Below, in pieces: positions 13,500 through 27,504 of a DNA stretch of 64,000 nt. A program made the position numbers and the translations under genes. Within the stretch, counting starts at the first letter, position 1; every line of letters begins with the position of its first letter. The stretch is from Octopus vulgaris (taxonomy: Eukaryota): NCBI GenBank assembly GCA_951406725.2, contig OX597818.1:140182001-140246000 (forward strand). Reading direction: 5' to 3'. The notes below the pieces were generated by a model, which saw nothing but the letters and a program-made list of their open reading frames with translations, did no database searches and was not told the origin of the DNA.

Positions 13500-14170
13500 T
13501 GTTATTTACATTGTGTAGGGCATATTTCAGCCTTCCTAGGAGAGAGCTATTCTTTTATAGTTGTCTATTTTTATAGCATTCACAAGGAAATGTTATACTC
13601 GAATACGAAACGTTGTAACAAATCAATGCTGTTGAAAATCTGCAGATATAACCTTAACAAGAACTCTATCATTGCTTATACAACATAGCTTGTGGATAGC
13701 AAAAAGACTTCGATCATACAGGTTGCCAGGAAATTTTGCAATGATTCTTCCTTGTGTAATGGATGCCATTATTTTGGTGTGTCTGTATACATTATCTAAC
13801 ATAATTCCAATTGTTTCTTTGAATAAAACGTTTGTGAGAAGACGTTTAACAACTAGAGTACAAGTGGTAACCATTTTGTTTTCTTCAAACATGACATGAA
13901 TTTCATCTCATGATCATACATTGTATGTCTATTGTCTGTATCTTTCGAAAAGATTTTCTAATTGTTTGTTGATTTAATGTAGAGGCGCGTTTATGCGGGC
14001 TGGTAATTGAAATTTAACTACTACAATAAAATCCGAGAAATCTTATTGCTTAAAGCGTTATAAATATTAACGGTAACCAGGAGAGTTTCCTTGTGAATGC
14101 TATAAAGATAAACAACTATAAAAGAATAGCTATTTCCTTAGGAAGGCTGAAATACGCCCTACACAATGTA
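13500..14170 (-). pseudogene. Penelope-like reverse transcriptase relic with internal inversion
   Basis: ORF 13623..13892 VKRLLTNVLFKETIGIMLDNVYRH resembles the PLE RT motif DVxSLFTNVP..ETI..I; 85-bp inverted repeat 13507-13590 / 14086-14170. Confidence 0.6.
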
Positions 14171-14636
14171 CATACAAACAATGAAATAAGAAGTTGAACT
14201 CAACTAAACGGCAGAAAAAATATTTATACAGTGAGGAAATATTAAGAACCAAAAAAGACAAACTAGAAGAGCAATTCCAAAATATAACTGCAAAATGGTG
14301 AGGAAAATCATTCTAAGACCAATATGTGCAAAAATTCACTGTAGGAGACGAAAGCAAAGAAGATGATGATGATGATGATGATGATGACGATGATTAACGA
14401 GAAGACAACGGAGGAAGAGGAGAGAGGGGCAGAAGGATGTGGACATGGACGAATGCGAGGACGAGGGTTGAAGGAGGACAATAGGAGGGTTAGCAGTAAC
14501 AGAAGCAACATAAAAAAGAACGTAATAACAATAAAATAAGAGTGAGGGTAGAGAGAATGAATGAAATGATAAAGATAGGCAAATACAGTGTAAGTTATAA
14601 TTACTGTATACATATCTGTATATATATATATATATA

Positions 14637-14943
14637 TGGAGGCGCAAAGGCCTAGTGGTTAGGGCAGCGGACTCGCGGTCGTAGGATCGCGGTTTTGATT
14701 CCCAAACCGGGCGTTGTGAGTGTTTATTGAGCGAAAACACCTAAAAGCTCCACGAGGCTCCGGCAGGGGGTGGTGATCCCTGCTGTACTCTTTCACCACT
14801 CTTTCTCTCACTCTTTCTTCTGTTGGCCTGCTCGCTTAGCCAGCGGGGTGGCGTCATTCGAAGGCTTAAACAATGCGAACGCATTGTGACCAGCGATGTG
14901 TAACTACATCTGATGGACTGGTCGGTCACGTGATCACGTGATA
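14637..14943 (+). mobile_element. SINE family B, tail type 1
   Basis: Full-length match to 5594-5893. Confidence 0.9.
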
Positions 14944-15152
14944 TCTGTATATAATGCGTTGATTTAAAGCGAAAATGTTTTTCCTGTATTTACCGTAAGA
15001 ACTAACAAATGTTTCAAATTATTCCAGAGGAATGTATATTGTATGTTTAAAAACAAACAACATATTTACACATTTCAATATTCATGATTTATTTACATCA
15101 CTGTGGTGGAAATTCTCAACGGCTAAATATAAAATAGTAGTAGCACTAATGC

Positions 15153-15328
<176 letters not shown>

Positions 15329-15685
15329 GTGATGATGATAATAAAATGCTTAAAAATGTTACAAAACAAAACTTAACAATTTTAGTATGAAAATAAACGA
15401 AACCATAATATATACTTTATCGATTTTGATCTTTTATAAAATGAGAAAATTAAAGATACCAGAAATGCAAATTAAAATTATAAAGTATGATGAAAAACGA
15501 TTATATTTTGGGGTAAAAGAACGGAAAATAGAAACAAAATTGAAAATTTTCTGAAATTTCAGTGTAACGATCTTAATACAATATAAAGTTAATTTATCAA
15601 CTCCCTCTCACTCACTGTCTGTGTCTCTCTCTTTCTATCTCTATCTCTTACCCACCCACCTCATATCTATATATATGTTTGGTCA

Positions 15686-15818
15686 AGTCAGTCTCTTGCT
15701 ACTCCGAGTTTCACCTGTAGACACGCAGGATTTCCAGGCAAGTTGTGACTTGCAGCCAGCACTTTCTTGACGATCCTGTGTATCTACAGGCGAGAGTCAG
15801 AGTAGCAAGAAACTGACT
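15686..15818. repeat. 133-bp imperfect hairpin / MITE-like fold-back
   Basis: AGTCAGTCTCTTGCTACTCCGAGTTTCACCTGTAGACACGCAGGAT pairs with ATCCTGTGTATCTACAGGCGAGAGTCAGAGTAGCAAGAAACTGACT. Confidence 0.8.
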
Positions 15819-15989
15819 CAAGCTAAATGAAATATCAGCAAACCTTACTATGGTATTTAAGTTCACTTTTCACAGTTAATACTAAAAGGACGTATATATA
15901 TCTAAAAGAACATATATACAGATATGTATATATTATTCTAACGTAGTTACTCGTCGTCAAGTATTGGAGTATCGCCACTATATATGACG

Positions 15990-16388
15990 ATACCTATTTA
16001 TTTACTACCCACAAGGGGCTAAACACAGAGGGGACAAACAAGGACAGACAAACGGATTAAGTCGATTATATCGACCCCAGTGCTTGCGTAACTGGTATTT
16101 ATTTAATCGACCCCGAAAGGATGAAAGGCAAAGTTGACCTCGGCGGAATTTGAACTCAGAACGTAGCGGCAGACGAAATACCTATTTCTTTACTACCCAC
16201 AAGGGGCCAAACACAGAGGGGACAAGCAAGGACAGGCAATCGGATTAAATCGATTATATTGACCCCAGTACTTAACTGGTACTTATTTAATCGACCCCCA
16301 AAGGATGAAAGGCAAAGTTGACCTCGGCGGAATTTGAACTCAGAACGTAGCGGCAGACGAAATACCGCTAACGATTCTGCCAGCTCGC
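15990..16388 (-). mobile_element. SINE family A head-to-tail dimer
   Basis: Two tandem ~190-bp units joined at GACGAAATAC|CTATTTCTTTACTACCC. Confidence 0.9.
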
Positions 16389-16779
16389 AGGTATATGAAG
16401 ATACCTGTTTACACTATAACCGTGTAGTAACAATTAAACATATAACGAAGCAGGGTAACAACAGCGTAGTAAGCCAACAAACTCTCCATGAACTATACAC
16501 GAGCCAACACAAACTACAAAAACAACACCTTACGACTTCCTGCGATTAACGCCTACTCTCTGCCTCTCACTGAGACGGCTACTATTCATAGTCGTTCGGT
16601 CAAGTCAAATCTCGCAAGAAATATAAATAATTGACCTTTCAATAAATTTTATACAATGAAATAATTTCCATAATTATTAATGACCTTTACACATCTATAA
16701 AGCAATTTAAATATTCCATCAGCATACAATTTTAGTTTTCAAGAAAATGAGTTATCTCGATGCATTTTGAATCAATCTA

Positions 16780-18058
16780 AATCATTAAATGTTTTTCCTT
16801 GCAATGAGTTTTGTAGAGTCGAAAACAAGTGGTAGCCGTAGGGCACAATATAAGTAGAATATGGTGTGTGGGGTAAGAGATCCCAGCCAAGTTCTTGTAA
16901 CTTCGCTTGGATAGCCAAAGACACATGTGGTCAGGCATTGTCTTCTTGGAACACTACCCCTTTCCTGGTGGCAATCTCCGGCCTCAGTTCTTAGGAAATT
17001 TTGGTTCAAATGAACCAGCTTACGACAGTAAACATCTGCATTAATGGTTTGATTTTGTGGGAAACGCTCATAATAGATAATGCTTTTATGATCTCACCAA
17101 ACAGAAAGCGTAGCTATTTTGGATTCGGTACAAAGGCGGCGAGCTGGCAGAAACGTTAGCGTGCCGGGCGAAATGCCTAGCGGTATTTCGTCTGTTGTTA
17201 CGTTCTGAGTTCAAATTCCGCCGAGGTCAACTTTGCCTTTCATCCTTTCGGGGTCGATAAATAAAGTACCAGTTTCGCACTGGGGTCGATGTAATCGACT
17301 TAATCCCTTTGCCTGTCCTTGTTCGTCCCCTCTATATTTAGCCCCTTGTGGGCCTTAAAGAAATATATTTTGGATTCGGTATTCGTTTGTGGTTGCTGTT
17401 TTGAGAGATCGTTAAGTAAACTCCAGGATCTTTTTCGCACTACTTTTTGGTACACAATCCACTTTTCATCTCCAGTCACACGTTGTTTCAAAGAGGGCAT
17501 GCTTTCATTCTGTTTCAAAAGCATATCACAAATGGAATACCGGTCCAAGCAATTCCTTTTTGAGTTTGTGAGGGATACATACAATATAGCGTGGAATGTA
17601 TCCTATGTATAAGCCGTACTTTTAGAAACTTCCAACTCCTCTGCAAGATAATTGAGTTTTCTTCGATTTTTGCCTTCAAAACATCTTCATCCAATTCTGA
17701 AGGTCTTCCATAGCGACTGACATCTTCCAAGTTAAAGCTTTAGATTTTGCAAACTAACTTCGAACAATTGATTCACCTACAGTACCATCACCATACACTT
17801 CTCAAAATGTTTTTTCAAGTTTTGCAGTATTTTCTTATTTTTTAAAAAAAAGAAAGGCTTTAGAATGCGAACATGAAATTTTTGGTTATCCACTTCAAAT
17901 GTCAGGAAAGCGTAACCGGAATGAAAAGATAAATCTATTTTTAGTTTGGAACAAAGAAGAAATGCTCTAAGTTTTTATTATAATACATTTCAGGTGTGTT
18001 CAATGAAGCGTTAAAAATTTAGCTTAAAACCCCTCAAGACTATCCGGAAACCAAATGT
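16780..18058 (-). mobile_element. Decayed mariner (DD34D) transposon
   Basis: ORF fragments GRPSELDEDVLKAKIEENS and VTGDEKWIVY..VVRKRSW; frameshifted; interrupted by a SINE. Confidence 0.85.
17131..17365 (+). mobile_element. SINE family A inserted in mariner
   Basis: 16-bp TSD TATTTTGGATTCGGTA at 17115-17130 and 17366-17381. Confidence 0.93.
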
Positions 18059-18069
18059 ATATTTTTTTA

Positions 18070-18412
18070 TTCTTTTATTCTTTTACTTGTTTCAGTCATT
18101 TGACTGTGACCATGATGGAGAACCGTCTTCAAGGGTGTTATTCGAAGAAATTGACAGAAGGACTTATTCTTTGCAAGCCTCTAGAACTTATTCTATCGGT
18201 TCTTTTTCCGAACCACTACGTTACGGGCACATAAACATACAAGCGTCGGTTATTAAGCGAGGGGGGGGAGAGGCAAACACAAACACGCACAAATATATAC
18301 ATACATACATACATACCTATATATATATGTATGTTGACATATATATGTAGTTGGGAAGCAACCATGTGGTTGAGAAGGAAGCTTCTTACCACACAGCCAC
18401 GCATGCGCCTAT
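18070..18412 (-). mobile_element. SINE family C, internally deleted
   Basis: Tail and head match 22466-22866; CORE segment missing. Confidence 0.8.
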
Positions 18413-18419
18413 AGGTGTA

Positions 18420-18487
<68 letters not shown>

Positions 18488-18658
18488 CGTGTGTGTATGT
18501 ATACATATATATGTATAGAAAGACAAACAAAGCGAGAGATAGATAGATGGATAGATAGATAGATAGATCGGCAAACAAGCCACAGTTATATAGATAGAGT
18601 GGTATATATAGCTTTAGAATGAATATAGATTTACGTATACATTTATCTATATATTACC

Positions 18659-18716
<58 letters not shown>

Positions 18717-18793
18717 GGTAATATATAGATAGAAGTATGCATAAATCTATATTCATTCTAAAGCTATATATACCACTCTCTCTTTCTCTCACA

Positions 18794-18868
<75 letters not shown>

Positions 18869-18969
18869 GCTACTTATATATATATATATATATATATAGC
18901 TATTTATGCACACACATACACATATATACACACATAAGCACACATATATATTTATATGAATACATACAT

Positions 18970-19028
<59 letters not shown>

Positions 19029-19930
19029 CACGTGTATCTATATATGTATGTATCTATTTTCAGAGCTATATTTGAAAGAATAAAAAAAAAAATTCTAGTG
19101 CGAATATCACAGTATGTGAAAGATTGTGTGATTGTGTATTTATATGTGTGTGTGTGTGTGTGTGTACTTATGCCTGTGTTACTTTGCGCTGGGATGTGTA
19201 TGTGTCTCCTTTATATAATGGGTATATAGGGATATGTTTATTGAGAAACTGTAGAACAATCTTTATTGACCCAAAGAACGAATAATGCCAAGAAAATTAA
19301 AATGCAACAAAAAATACCAAATATGTTTTTTAAAGTTTCTTTTTAAAAACATAATATATTTTAAATTGTTTTTAAATTCAAATCAAGAGTTAGTTTAAAA
19401 TTTCCGGTTGACATATCACCGAATTAAAAAAAGAAATTGGAGATGGAAAATGGAATACGATGTGTGCAATGTTGGAAAATGTTGTTGGAGCTAGTGAAAT
19501 ACAAGACAGCAGAAAAGACTAAATGATGCAAGTTGTAATGTCAACATGAGGATATGGTTCGAGCAACGTTTGAATATTTTTCTTTTAATTATTCAGCAAT
19601 TTAATGTTTGACGAAGCTTGAAATAAATGGTGTGTTTAGTGAAAGTAGAGACAAGGTAAATTTACATACATCGGGTCTCAAAATTTATTCAAGTGTTCCA
19701 ATTTACACCGTCTATAGCTCACACACGCGTATCATCTTACAGCGCCCATTGTGCTCTCACATACACTTTTATGCTTCCCTACAAACCTACTCTCCCTCCT
19801 TCTCCTTTTTCCTAACTCCTTCTCTACCTCCCTGTTTCCCTCCTTTCCTACCTTTCTATGTAAATACCTACCTACCTATATATACGTATATATTTTATTA
19901 TGCAAATATATATATATATATATATATATG

Positions 19931-21000
19931 TATATCAGGCTGAGTAAAAAGTAAGCAACTAAGCAACGTTTTCAAACATGAAATTCATCACAATATATTT
20001 CAACAATGCGGAAATTTTATTCAGCAAAGTAACTACCATTACAATCAACACATCTTAGCCAACGAGTTACGAGCTTGTTTATTCCGGTAACATAAAAATC
20101 TAGAGTTCTGGAGCTGATGAACTCTTTGAACACACTTTCAGCATCGGTTTGAAGGCGGCGAGCTGGCAGAAATGTTAGTACGTCGGGCGAAATGCGTAAT
20201 CGTATTTCGTCTGCCGTTACCTTCTGAGTTCAAATTCCGCCGAGGTCGACTTTGCCTTTCATCCTTTCGGGGTCGATAAATTAAGTACCAGTTACGCACT
20301 GGAGTCGATGTAATCGTCTTAATCTGTTTGTCTGTCCTTGTTTGTCCCCTCTGTGTTTAGCCCCTTGTGGGTAGTAAAGAAATAGGTTTGATTTTTGAAC
20401 TCCTTCCCTCCCAGGAAACCATCAAGGTTTTGAAAAAGTGGTAGTCGGTAGAAGAAAGGTCTGGGGAATAAGTTGGGCCGGGAGAACTTCGTAGCCAAGT
20501 TCTATCAATTTCTGGAGCGTCATAACTGAAACGTGTGGTCAAGCATTTTCATGAACGATGATTGGCCCTCTTCTGTTGACCAGTCTGGGACTGAGAAGTA
20601 GCAGTTTTTCGTTCATTTTGGCAACTTCATGGCAATATGTTTCTGCATTAATGGTTTTGCCAGGTTTAAGAAGCTATAGTGGATGAATCCAGAAGTACAC
20701 CACTAAAACAGTCACCATAAACTTCTTTTTGAGCTTGTGTTTAGGGAAGGTTTCGGTGCATCATTTTGGTCCAGCGACTGTGAAGAACGTTTTTTTTTTT
20801 ATTATTATTGTACAGAATCTACTTTCATCGCAAGTTACAATACAATCGCGAAATGGATCGGTCCGATTATGGAGAAGAAACGACGAGCAAATTTCATATA
20901 TTTGCATTTGCTGATTTTCATTCAAATCGTGCGGTAGCATTTGTCGAGGTCTTTTGATTTTCCGATCGCATGCAAATGGTTGCAAGCAGTTTTCTGGTTA
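19931..21000 (-). mobile_element. Decayed mariner transposon
   Basis: YSPDLSSTDYHFF (YSPDLAPxD motif), IVTCDESRF and LPHDLNENQ fragments; TA-flanked terminus near 19931 (TATCAGGCTGAGTAAAAAGT). Confidence 0.88.
20153..20384 (+). mobile_element. SINE family A inserted in mariner
   Basis: 7-bp TSD GGTTTGA at 20146-20152 and 20385-20391. Confidence 0.92.
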
Positions 21001-21009
21001 ACCACTATG

Positions 21010-21091
21010 CATATGGCATAGTGATTGAGAGCGCGGGTTACTAACCCCAATATTCCGAGTTCGATTCCAGGCAGTGACCTGAATATTAATA

Positions 21092-21140
<49 letters not shown>

Positions 21141-21623
21141 TTGTTTTGTCTTGGTATAAAAGATGGGCTACAGCAAATATTCAGCTCAATACCACAGATT
21201 TGCTTATCATTTGTTTGACCTTAACCAGTTGAGCATGTCCCTTAGTGGCTGACGATATGTGCATCTCTGATCACGAGCAGAGTATCATAGCCATGTGTTG
21301 AGAGGGATTCTTTGGGGTTTGAATAATTCACCTCTGGAAACATGGGTGGTTCTTTCAACATCCTTAAACAACCCTTATTCAGGGACCTTTTGAGCGGGAT
21401 GGGCTACTCAACCTGAAGAAAATTCTAACTGGGCCCCACCTGCAAGGTCATGTGCTGTTTATCTTGATATGAAATCACCATGTCGCGCACACATGGTTGT
21501 GATGCATGTACCTGGTGTACCCTTATGAGACGGGTAGTCATGATGGGTATACTGGGCTTCGTGTATTTTACCCCAGTGTCACTTTGATGGCATGAACTGC
21601 TCACTCACTCAATAATAATAATA

Positions 21624-21711
<88 letters not shown>

Positions 21712-21858
21712 CATCGAAAAATACCTTAGCGATGAGAAACCAGGTTCGAAATTTTCCCAAGGCAGCCGATGAAAGCTGGAGGGTATATCAGCTGAAACGT
21801 TGTATTAACAACAATCAAAATGAGGTCAGATATCCGTCAATTGTAAATAATGTAAATA

Positions 21859-21862
<4 letters not shown>
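21010..21862 (+). mobile_element. SINE family D: tRNA-like head + (AAT)n + HHR-like tail, interrupted by an insertion
   Basis: Head TGGCATAGTGATT...GAGTTCGATTCC (A/B boxes) at 21010-21082; tail 21708-21862 with CCGATGA-A-AGCTGG..TCAGCT-GAAA-CG-TT; ends (TGTAAATAA)2. Confidence 0.65.
21139..21612 (+). mobile_element. ~470-bp element inserted within an (AAT)n tract, possibly an R4/Dong-type 3' fragment
   Basis: Complex sequence bounded on both sides by perfect (AAT)n; no ORF; class and strand inferred only from target type. Confidence 0.45.
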
Positions 21863-21921
<59 letters not shown>

Positions 21922-22387
21922 TACATATATGGGAATATGTATCAATTAATAACCGTAACCAACCAGATTTTTCAGAACGTCGAAATACATACTTTGCTGT
22001 ATTTGTTCCGTCACTAATAGGTCTGATGAAATCCACACCCCGCTCAATGTCACACACACGCAGACACACACTAACACGCACACATCTTTTATTCATATAT
22101 CTTTTAAAACGGGAAGCGTTTTGAATATGCAAATATAGTTCCTATCTTATTATGCCGGCCACAGTCTAATGATGCTGACTGGTGAACCGGGTTTTTGAGA
22201 TACTACCCTGTAATCATCCCAGGAATACGGACTGTAACCTTAAGGGACATATGTTTTGTGGAAAGGTGCATAACGATACATTAAATGCATATATATTCCA
22301 TCCAAGGATTATTGTTATTACACACACACACACCCATATATATATATGAGTGTGTGTGTGTATGTATATATATATATTTGTAAATAT

Positions 22388-22446
<59 letters not shown>

Positions 22447-22465
22447 CATGTTATATATATATATA

Positions 22466-22866
22466 TAGGCGCAGGAGTGGCTGTGTGGTAAGTAGCTTGC
22501 TAACCAACCACATGGTTCCGGGTTCAGTCCCACTGCGTGGCACCTTGGGCAAGTGTCTTCTGCTATAGCCTCGGGCCGACCAAAGCCTTGTGAGTGGATT
22601 TGGTAGACGGAAACTGAAAGAAGCCCGTCGTATATATGTATATATATATATATGTATGTATGTGTCTGTGTTTGTCCCCCTAGCATTGCTTGACAACTGA
22701 TGCTGATGTGTTTATGTCCCCGTTACTTAGCGGTTCGGCAAAAGAGACCGATAGAATAAGTACTGGGCTTACAAAGAATAAATCCCGGGGTCGAGTTGCT
22801 CGACTAAAGGCGGTGCTCCAGCATGGCCGCAGTCAACTGACTGAAACAAGTAAAAGAGTAAAAGAG
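22466..22866 (+). mobile_element. SINE family C (CORE-type), full length
   Basis: tRNA-like head GGCGCAGGAGTGGCTGTGTGG...GGGTTCAGTCCC, CORE-like ACCTTGGGCAAGT, LINE-like tail, (AGTAAAAG)n end. Confidence 0.92.
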
Positions 22867-22890
22867 TATATATATATATATATATATAAA

Positions 22891-23190
22891 TTTATAAATA
22901 AGGATGATATCGATATTTAAATATCGATATTATCAAGTGGCCTGCATGTGAATGAATACCATACAAAGGTGATAATCTTTTACAAATATAAATAAGGGTA
23001 TCTGAGAGACACCACCACGCCGAAAGAGCAGTCAAATCCCTGACTCTAAAAACCAAATTAAATGTTTATATCGCACCATGAGATAAGACAGAGGGACAAA
23101 ATAGACTGGCAAAAAGATACTACTGAATAATTCAAGATCCTGGATTTCTAGCTTTGCTTCAAAAAAGCTCTGTCTTCATCAGCTGAATAT
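22891..23190 (-). mobile_element. ~300-bp HHR-bearing repeat (family H2)
   Basis: Homologous to 53317-53602; abuts (TA)n. Confidence 0.8.
23130..23188 (-). ncRNA. Type I hammerhead ribozyme-like motif
   Basis: Reverse complement ATTCAG-CTGATGA-agacagAGCTT..AAGCTa-GAAA-TCCAGGA-TC-TTGAAT; stems I and III pair, stem II junction non-canonical. Confidence 0.6.
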
Positions 23191-23317
23191 ATCAAATAGG
23201 CACATAAATACAAATATATATATATACAGAACACACGTTATACTTACATATACGAACGCCCATACTAGCATATATATGCACGTATGTACAAGGGCAGTTC
23301 AAATTGCCCGCCAACCA

Positions 23318-23390
<73 letters not shown>

Positions 23391-23427
23391 TAGATAGATA
23401 TACATATATATATACATATATCCTTGC

Positions 23428-23481
<54 letters not shown>

Positions 23482-24362
23482 TTGTGCGTGTGTGTGTGTA
23501 CTTTCACCAATTTACAAATAGAACTTAAAGAAAAGAAAAATGTGTTTCCTTCATATATTTTGAAGTTTATCCACACTTTAGTTGATTGAAGAGGAAACTG
23601 GTTGAAAGAGAGGAAATGTAGAAATAAAGCTTACTTACAATATAGAATCCTCCAGTTGAACTTTATTTCCAAATAGATTATATTTATGTGCTACTGAATT
23701 CTATTATATATAGTTACCTGATGATTCGACTTAAGTTAAATTTCAAACACACACACACACACACACACACGTATATATGCAAGTATAACTCTGTCTAGTT
23801 GTTTATGAAGTTTATTTTATATATATACATTTACTTGAATGCTTGAATAGAAGTGATAAGTACCATATGATGATGTTTCTATTTACCAATTTAAAACGAA
23901 TAATAAATTATGGATATATTCTAAAATCAAATCTTTGTGAAATATATTCAAAATATTTCTATGTCGAAAATATTTATGCGTCTAAAAATATAGCGCAATA
24001 TTCCAACTGTGAAATATTTCTTTCAGCGAAATTCTCTTCACATTACGTCAAAAATTAATTAAAAACAGAAATACTGAAATAGATACTCATCGGATTTAAT
24101 GTTAAAATATTGAATATAATCTTCGGATTAAATTCAACCTTTGTGCAAGCCTCCGGAATGATGTTTCGAAGTTTTTCGCATAACTTTATTGAAGAATGTA
24201 ATCACATTATGAAATTCAAGTTTATATTTACATATATCATATATGGATGCATATTTATACATATATATTACGTACATGTACATGTTTTATAAGTATGCAT
24301 ATATATTGTATATATATATATGTATGTTATATATATGTATACATACATATATATATATATAT

Positions 24363-24505
<143 letters not shown>

Positions 24506-24516
24506 CATATACATAC

Positions 24517-24587
<71 letters not shown>

Positions 24588-25552
24588 TGTATGTAGGATA
24601 GAATATTTATTTATTAAAATATACACTTTTCCAAGCAGTGAACGACACTTGCCAACGTATGACATTTTGTTTGTATGAAAGAATATTACTAGGAGAGAAC
24701 TTCACACGTGAAGTGGTCATATCATAATCTGTTCAAGGCAATGGTACGCTTAAATTTTAAGCGTTAGGTTTGTTATAACATTTAAATTAATATGCAGTTG
24801 TATGGTTTCAGTAATACTGCAGTTAATACGAATGGTCGCTTTTGGTCAGCTAAATCACTGACATAGAATTTCCTCAGTTTCTGATCGTGATCACCGGGCT
24901 TTATGTAAAGAACAAAATCAAATTTTGACTTTTCCTATAATCAAAATTCGTGCGAAGGACAACTTGTATGGAGTGGCTCGATGCTTCGGAAAGATGACAG
25001 AATCTCCCTAAAGAGCTCCGATCAACAACCTATCTTTTCAGACAGACACTAAAGGCACGGATATAGCATGAATACCTTCGGTTATGCTATCCTTCGAGTG
25101 TAGCTGATCAGAATGTAAACAACGATGGGAAGAAGAACCAACTATCAAACGAATTGCTATGATTTTTCAAGGTTTTTTTTTTTTTTTTGAGGAACACATG
25201 GTTTTACCAATGGTTCTTTTCCGCCCTTAAAAACTGGTTGCGAACGTAGGGTCAAACTTGAAACCTGGCTCGAATGCTTGAGACAGGGTGAACTTTCCTT
25301 AAGTAATTGGAATACCTTTGTAAATGTATTAGAGTTAAGCCGAGCGACATATTCACTGCACTTTTTACACGGACTATTTCTCGATTTGAAATGAAAAGCG
25401 AAGAGCTGAAACAAAGATCATAAGATATCATTTCTGAATCTCTAAAAGTTTCGAAGGTCCGATTAACACGTAGTTCACCCATCTCGGAAATATATGAAGT
25501 AAACTTAACCTCGACGAAATTTGAATTAAACGAATGAGTGCCGTAATAAATA

Positions 25553-26176
25553 TTGGTTGCAAATTTTGCTACAACGGCAGCAAGATCAGGAAAGGGTGTA
25601 AGTTGATTACATCGACCCCAGTGCTCAACTGGTACTTTGTCGATTCCGATAAGAGGATAAGCAACATCGGCTACGGTGAAATTTGAACTCAGAATGTGAA
25701 GACGGACGAAAAGCATTTTTCCTGACGTGTTAACAATTCTGCCAGCTCGTCGCCTTAAGTGCTGTAATAAATATTAGTTTCAAATTTTGGCATAAGGCTA
25801 CCAAGATCGAGAGAGGCCGTAAGTCGATCCCATCGATCTCAGTACTCGACTGGTACATCTTTTATCAACCCCGAAAAGATGAAAGGCAAAGTCGATCTTG
25901 GCGGAATTTGAATCCAGTAAGTAAAGAGGGACGAAATTCTGTTAAGTATTTTTCCTGGCGTGCTAACGATTCTGCCAACTCGCTACTTTAAGTCCCTTAA
26001 TAAATATTGATTCCAAATTTTGGCACAAGACCAGTATTTTCAGGAAAGGGGGTAAAGCATCGTTTGCACCGACCCCAGCACTCAGCTGGCACTTATTTTA
26101 TAGACATTCAAAAGGATGAAATTCGGCAAAGTTGAATTCGGTGGAATTTGAAATTTAGAAAGTAAAGACGGACGAA
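25553..26176 (-). mobile_element. Tandem array of three diverged family-A SINEs with an alternative tail
   Basis: Three ~230-bp units each starting (on +) TAATAAATATT..AAATTTTG and containing the family-A core. Confidence 0.85.
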
Positions 26177-26599
26177 AAGTCAGTCAGTAGGCTTTTAAAG
26201 TTGCTTCAGCCTCCATAATTGCTGGGGTTCCTTTGGGAACCACCTTAAAAGCCTCTGTTGGGACTATCAGATTTGCTCAATTGTTCTCTTATTTAATTAG
26301 TTTCCATTCCTCTAGGAGCATCTGCTGCCTATTTGTAGGTCTACGGTATGTCAGTGCTTGGTCTTGGCTGCTGCTGCTGCAAAACTATTTTTGATATCTG
26401 CATTTGTATTCTTTTCATTATTTTTGTTGTTGTCATTGTTGCTGCTGCAGCTGCTGTTGTTGTTGTTGTTCTTATCGATGTTGCTGGGTTTTGTTCTTGT
26501 TGCTGTTGTCACTTTTGCTCTCGTTTTGGGTTGTTATTGTTGTTGCCATCGCTACTACCACTGCTGTTACTTTCTTTTTCGTAGTTGTTGCTGCTCTCC

Positions 26600-26845
<246 letters not shown>

Positions 26846-27254
26846 TTTCTACCGCTGTTAGTGTTTCTCTCACTATTTTTGTTACTGTTCGTTATACATT
26901 GTACCAGGACAGTCTTGTTCTTCTCCGGCTCCCCCTTCCCCTGTATTGTTGCCCGTGACAGAGGAACGGGGAGGGAAGTCTTCATCTATTGCTACTTATT
27001 AGTAAGAGGGTTTGTTTTGTTCTTCCTCAACTCTTTCAAGATACGCTCCGCCATCTTGTTGGGTTGTATTGATTCCATTAAATTTTAACACCGAATTTAT
27101 TTGGTGGGCCGGAAATCGCCCCTCTGGGGGGCTACACAGCCATAAAAAAATTAATAGGTTCCTGGAACTTCTATTTACAACTTGGAATAAAATAATTATT
27201 GCAAAATTACACCAAACCTGGTGTAAATAAATATTTTGAAACGAACCTATCCAT

Positions 27255-27410
27255 CCCAGTGTTTCACTGATACTTAATTTATCGACTTCGAAAGGATGAA
27301 AGGATGAAAGGCAAAGTCGACCTCGGCGGAATTTGAACTCACTCAGAGCGTAGAGACGAGTGAACTATCGCTAAGCATTTCGCTCGGCTTGCTAACGATT
27401 CTGCCAGTTC

Positions 27411-27411
<1 letters not shown>
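27255..27411 (-). mobile_element. SINE family A, partial
   Basis: GAAAGGATGAAAGGCAAAGTCGACCTCGGCGGAATTTGAACTC; followed by (AAT)n 27412-27520. Confidence 0.85.

Positions 27412-27504
<93 letters not shown>

Noticed and set aside
21980-22036. Permuted HHR (GAAA-TACA..TGTA-TT then CTGATGA)
   Set aside because: Stem III is plausible but stems I and II do not pair
25553-26176. CRISPR-like or satellite array
   Set aside because: Units are ~230-bp diverged SINE copies in a eukaryotic context; no short repeat-spacer structure or cas genes
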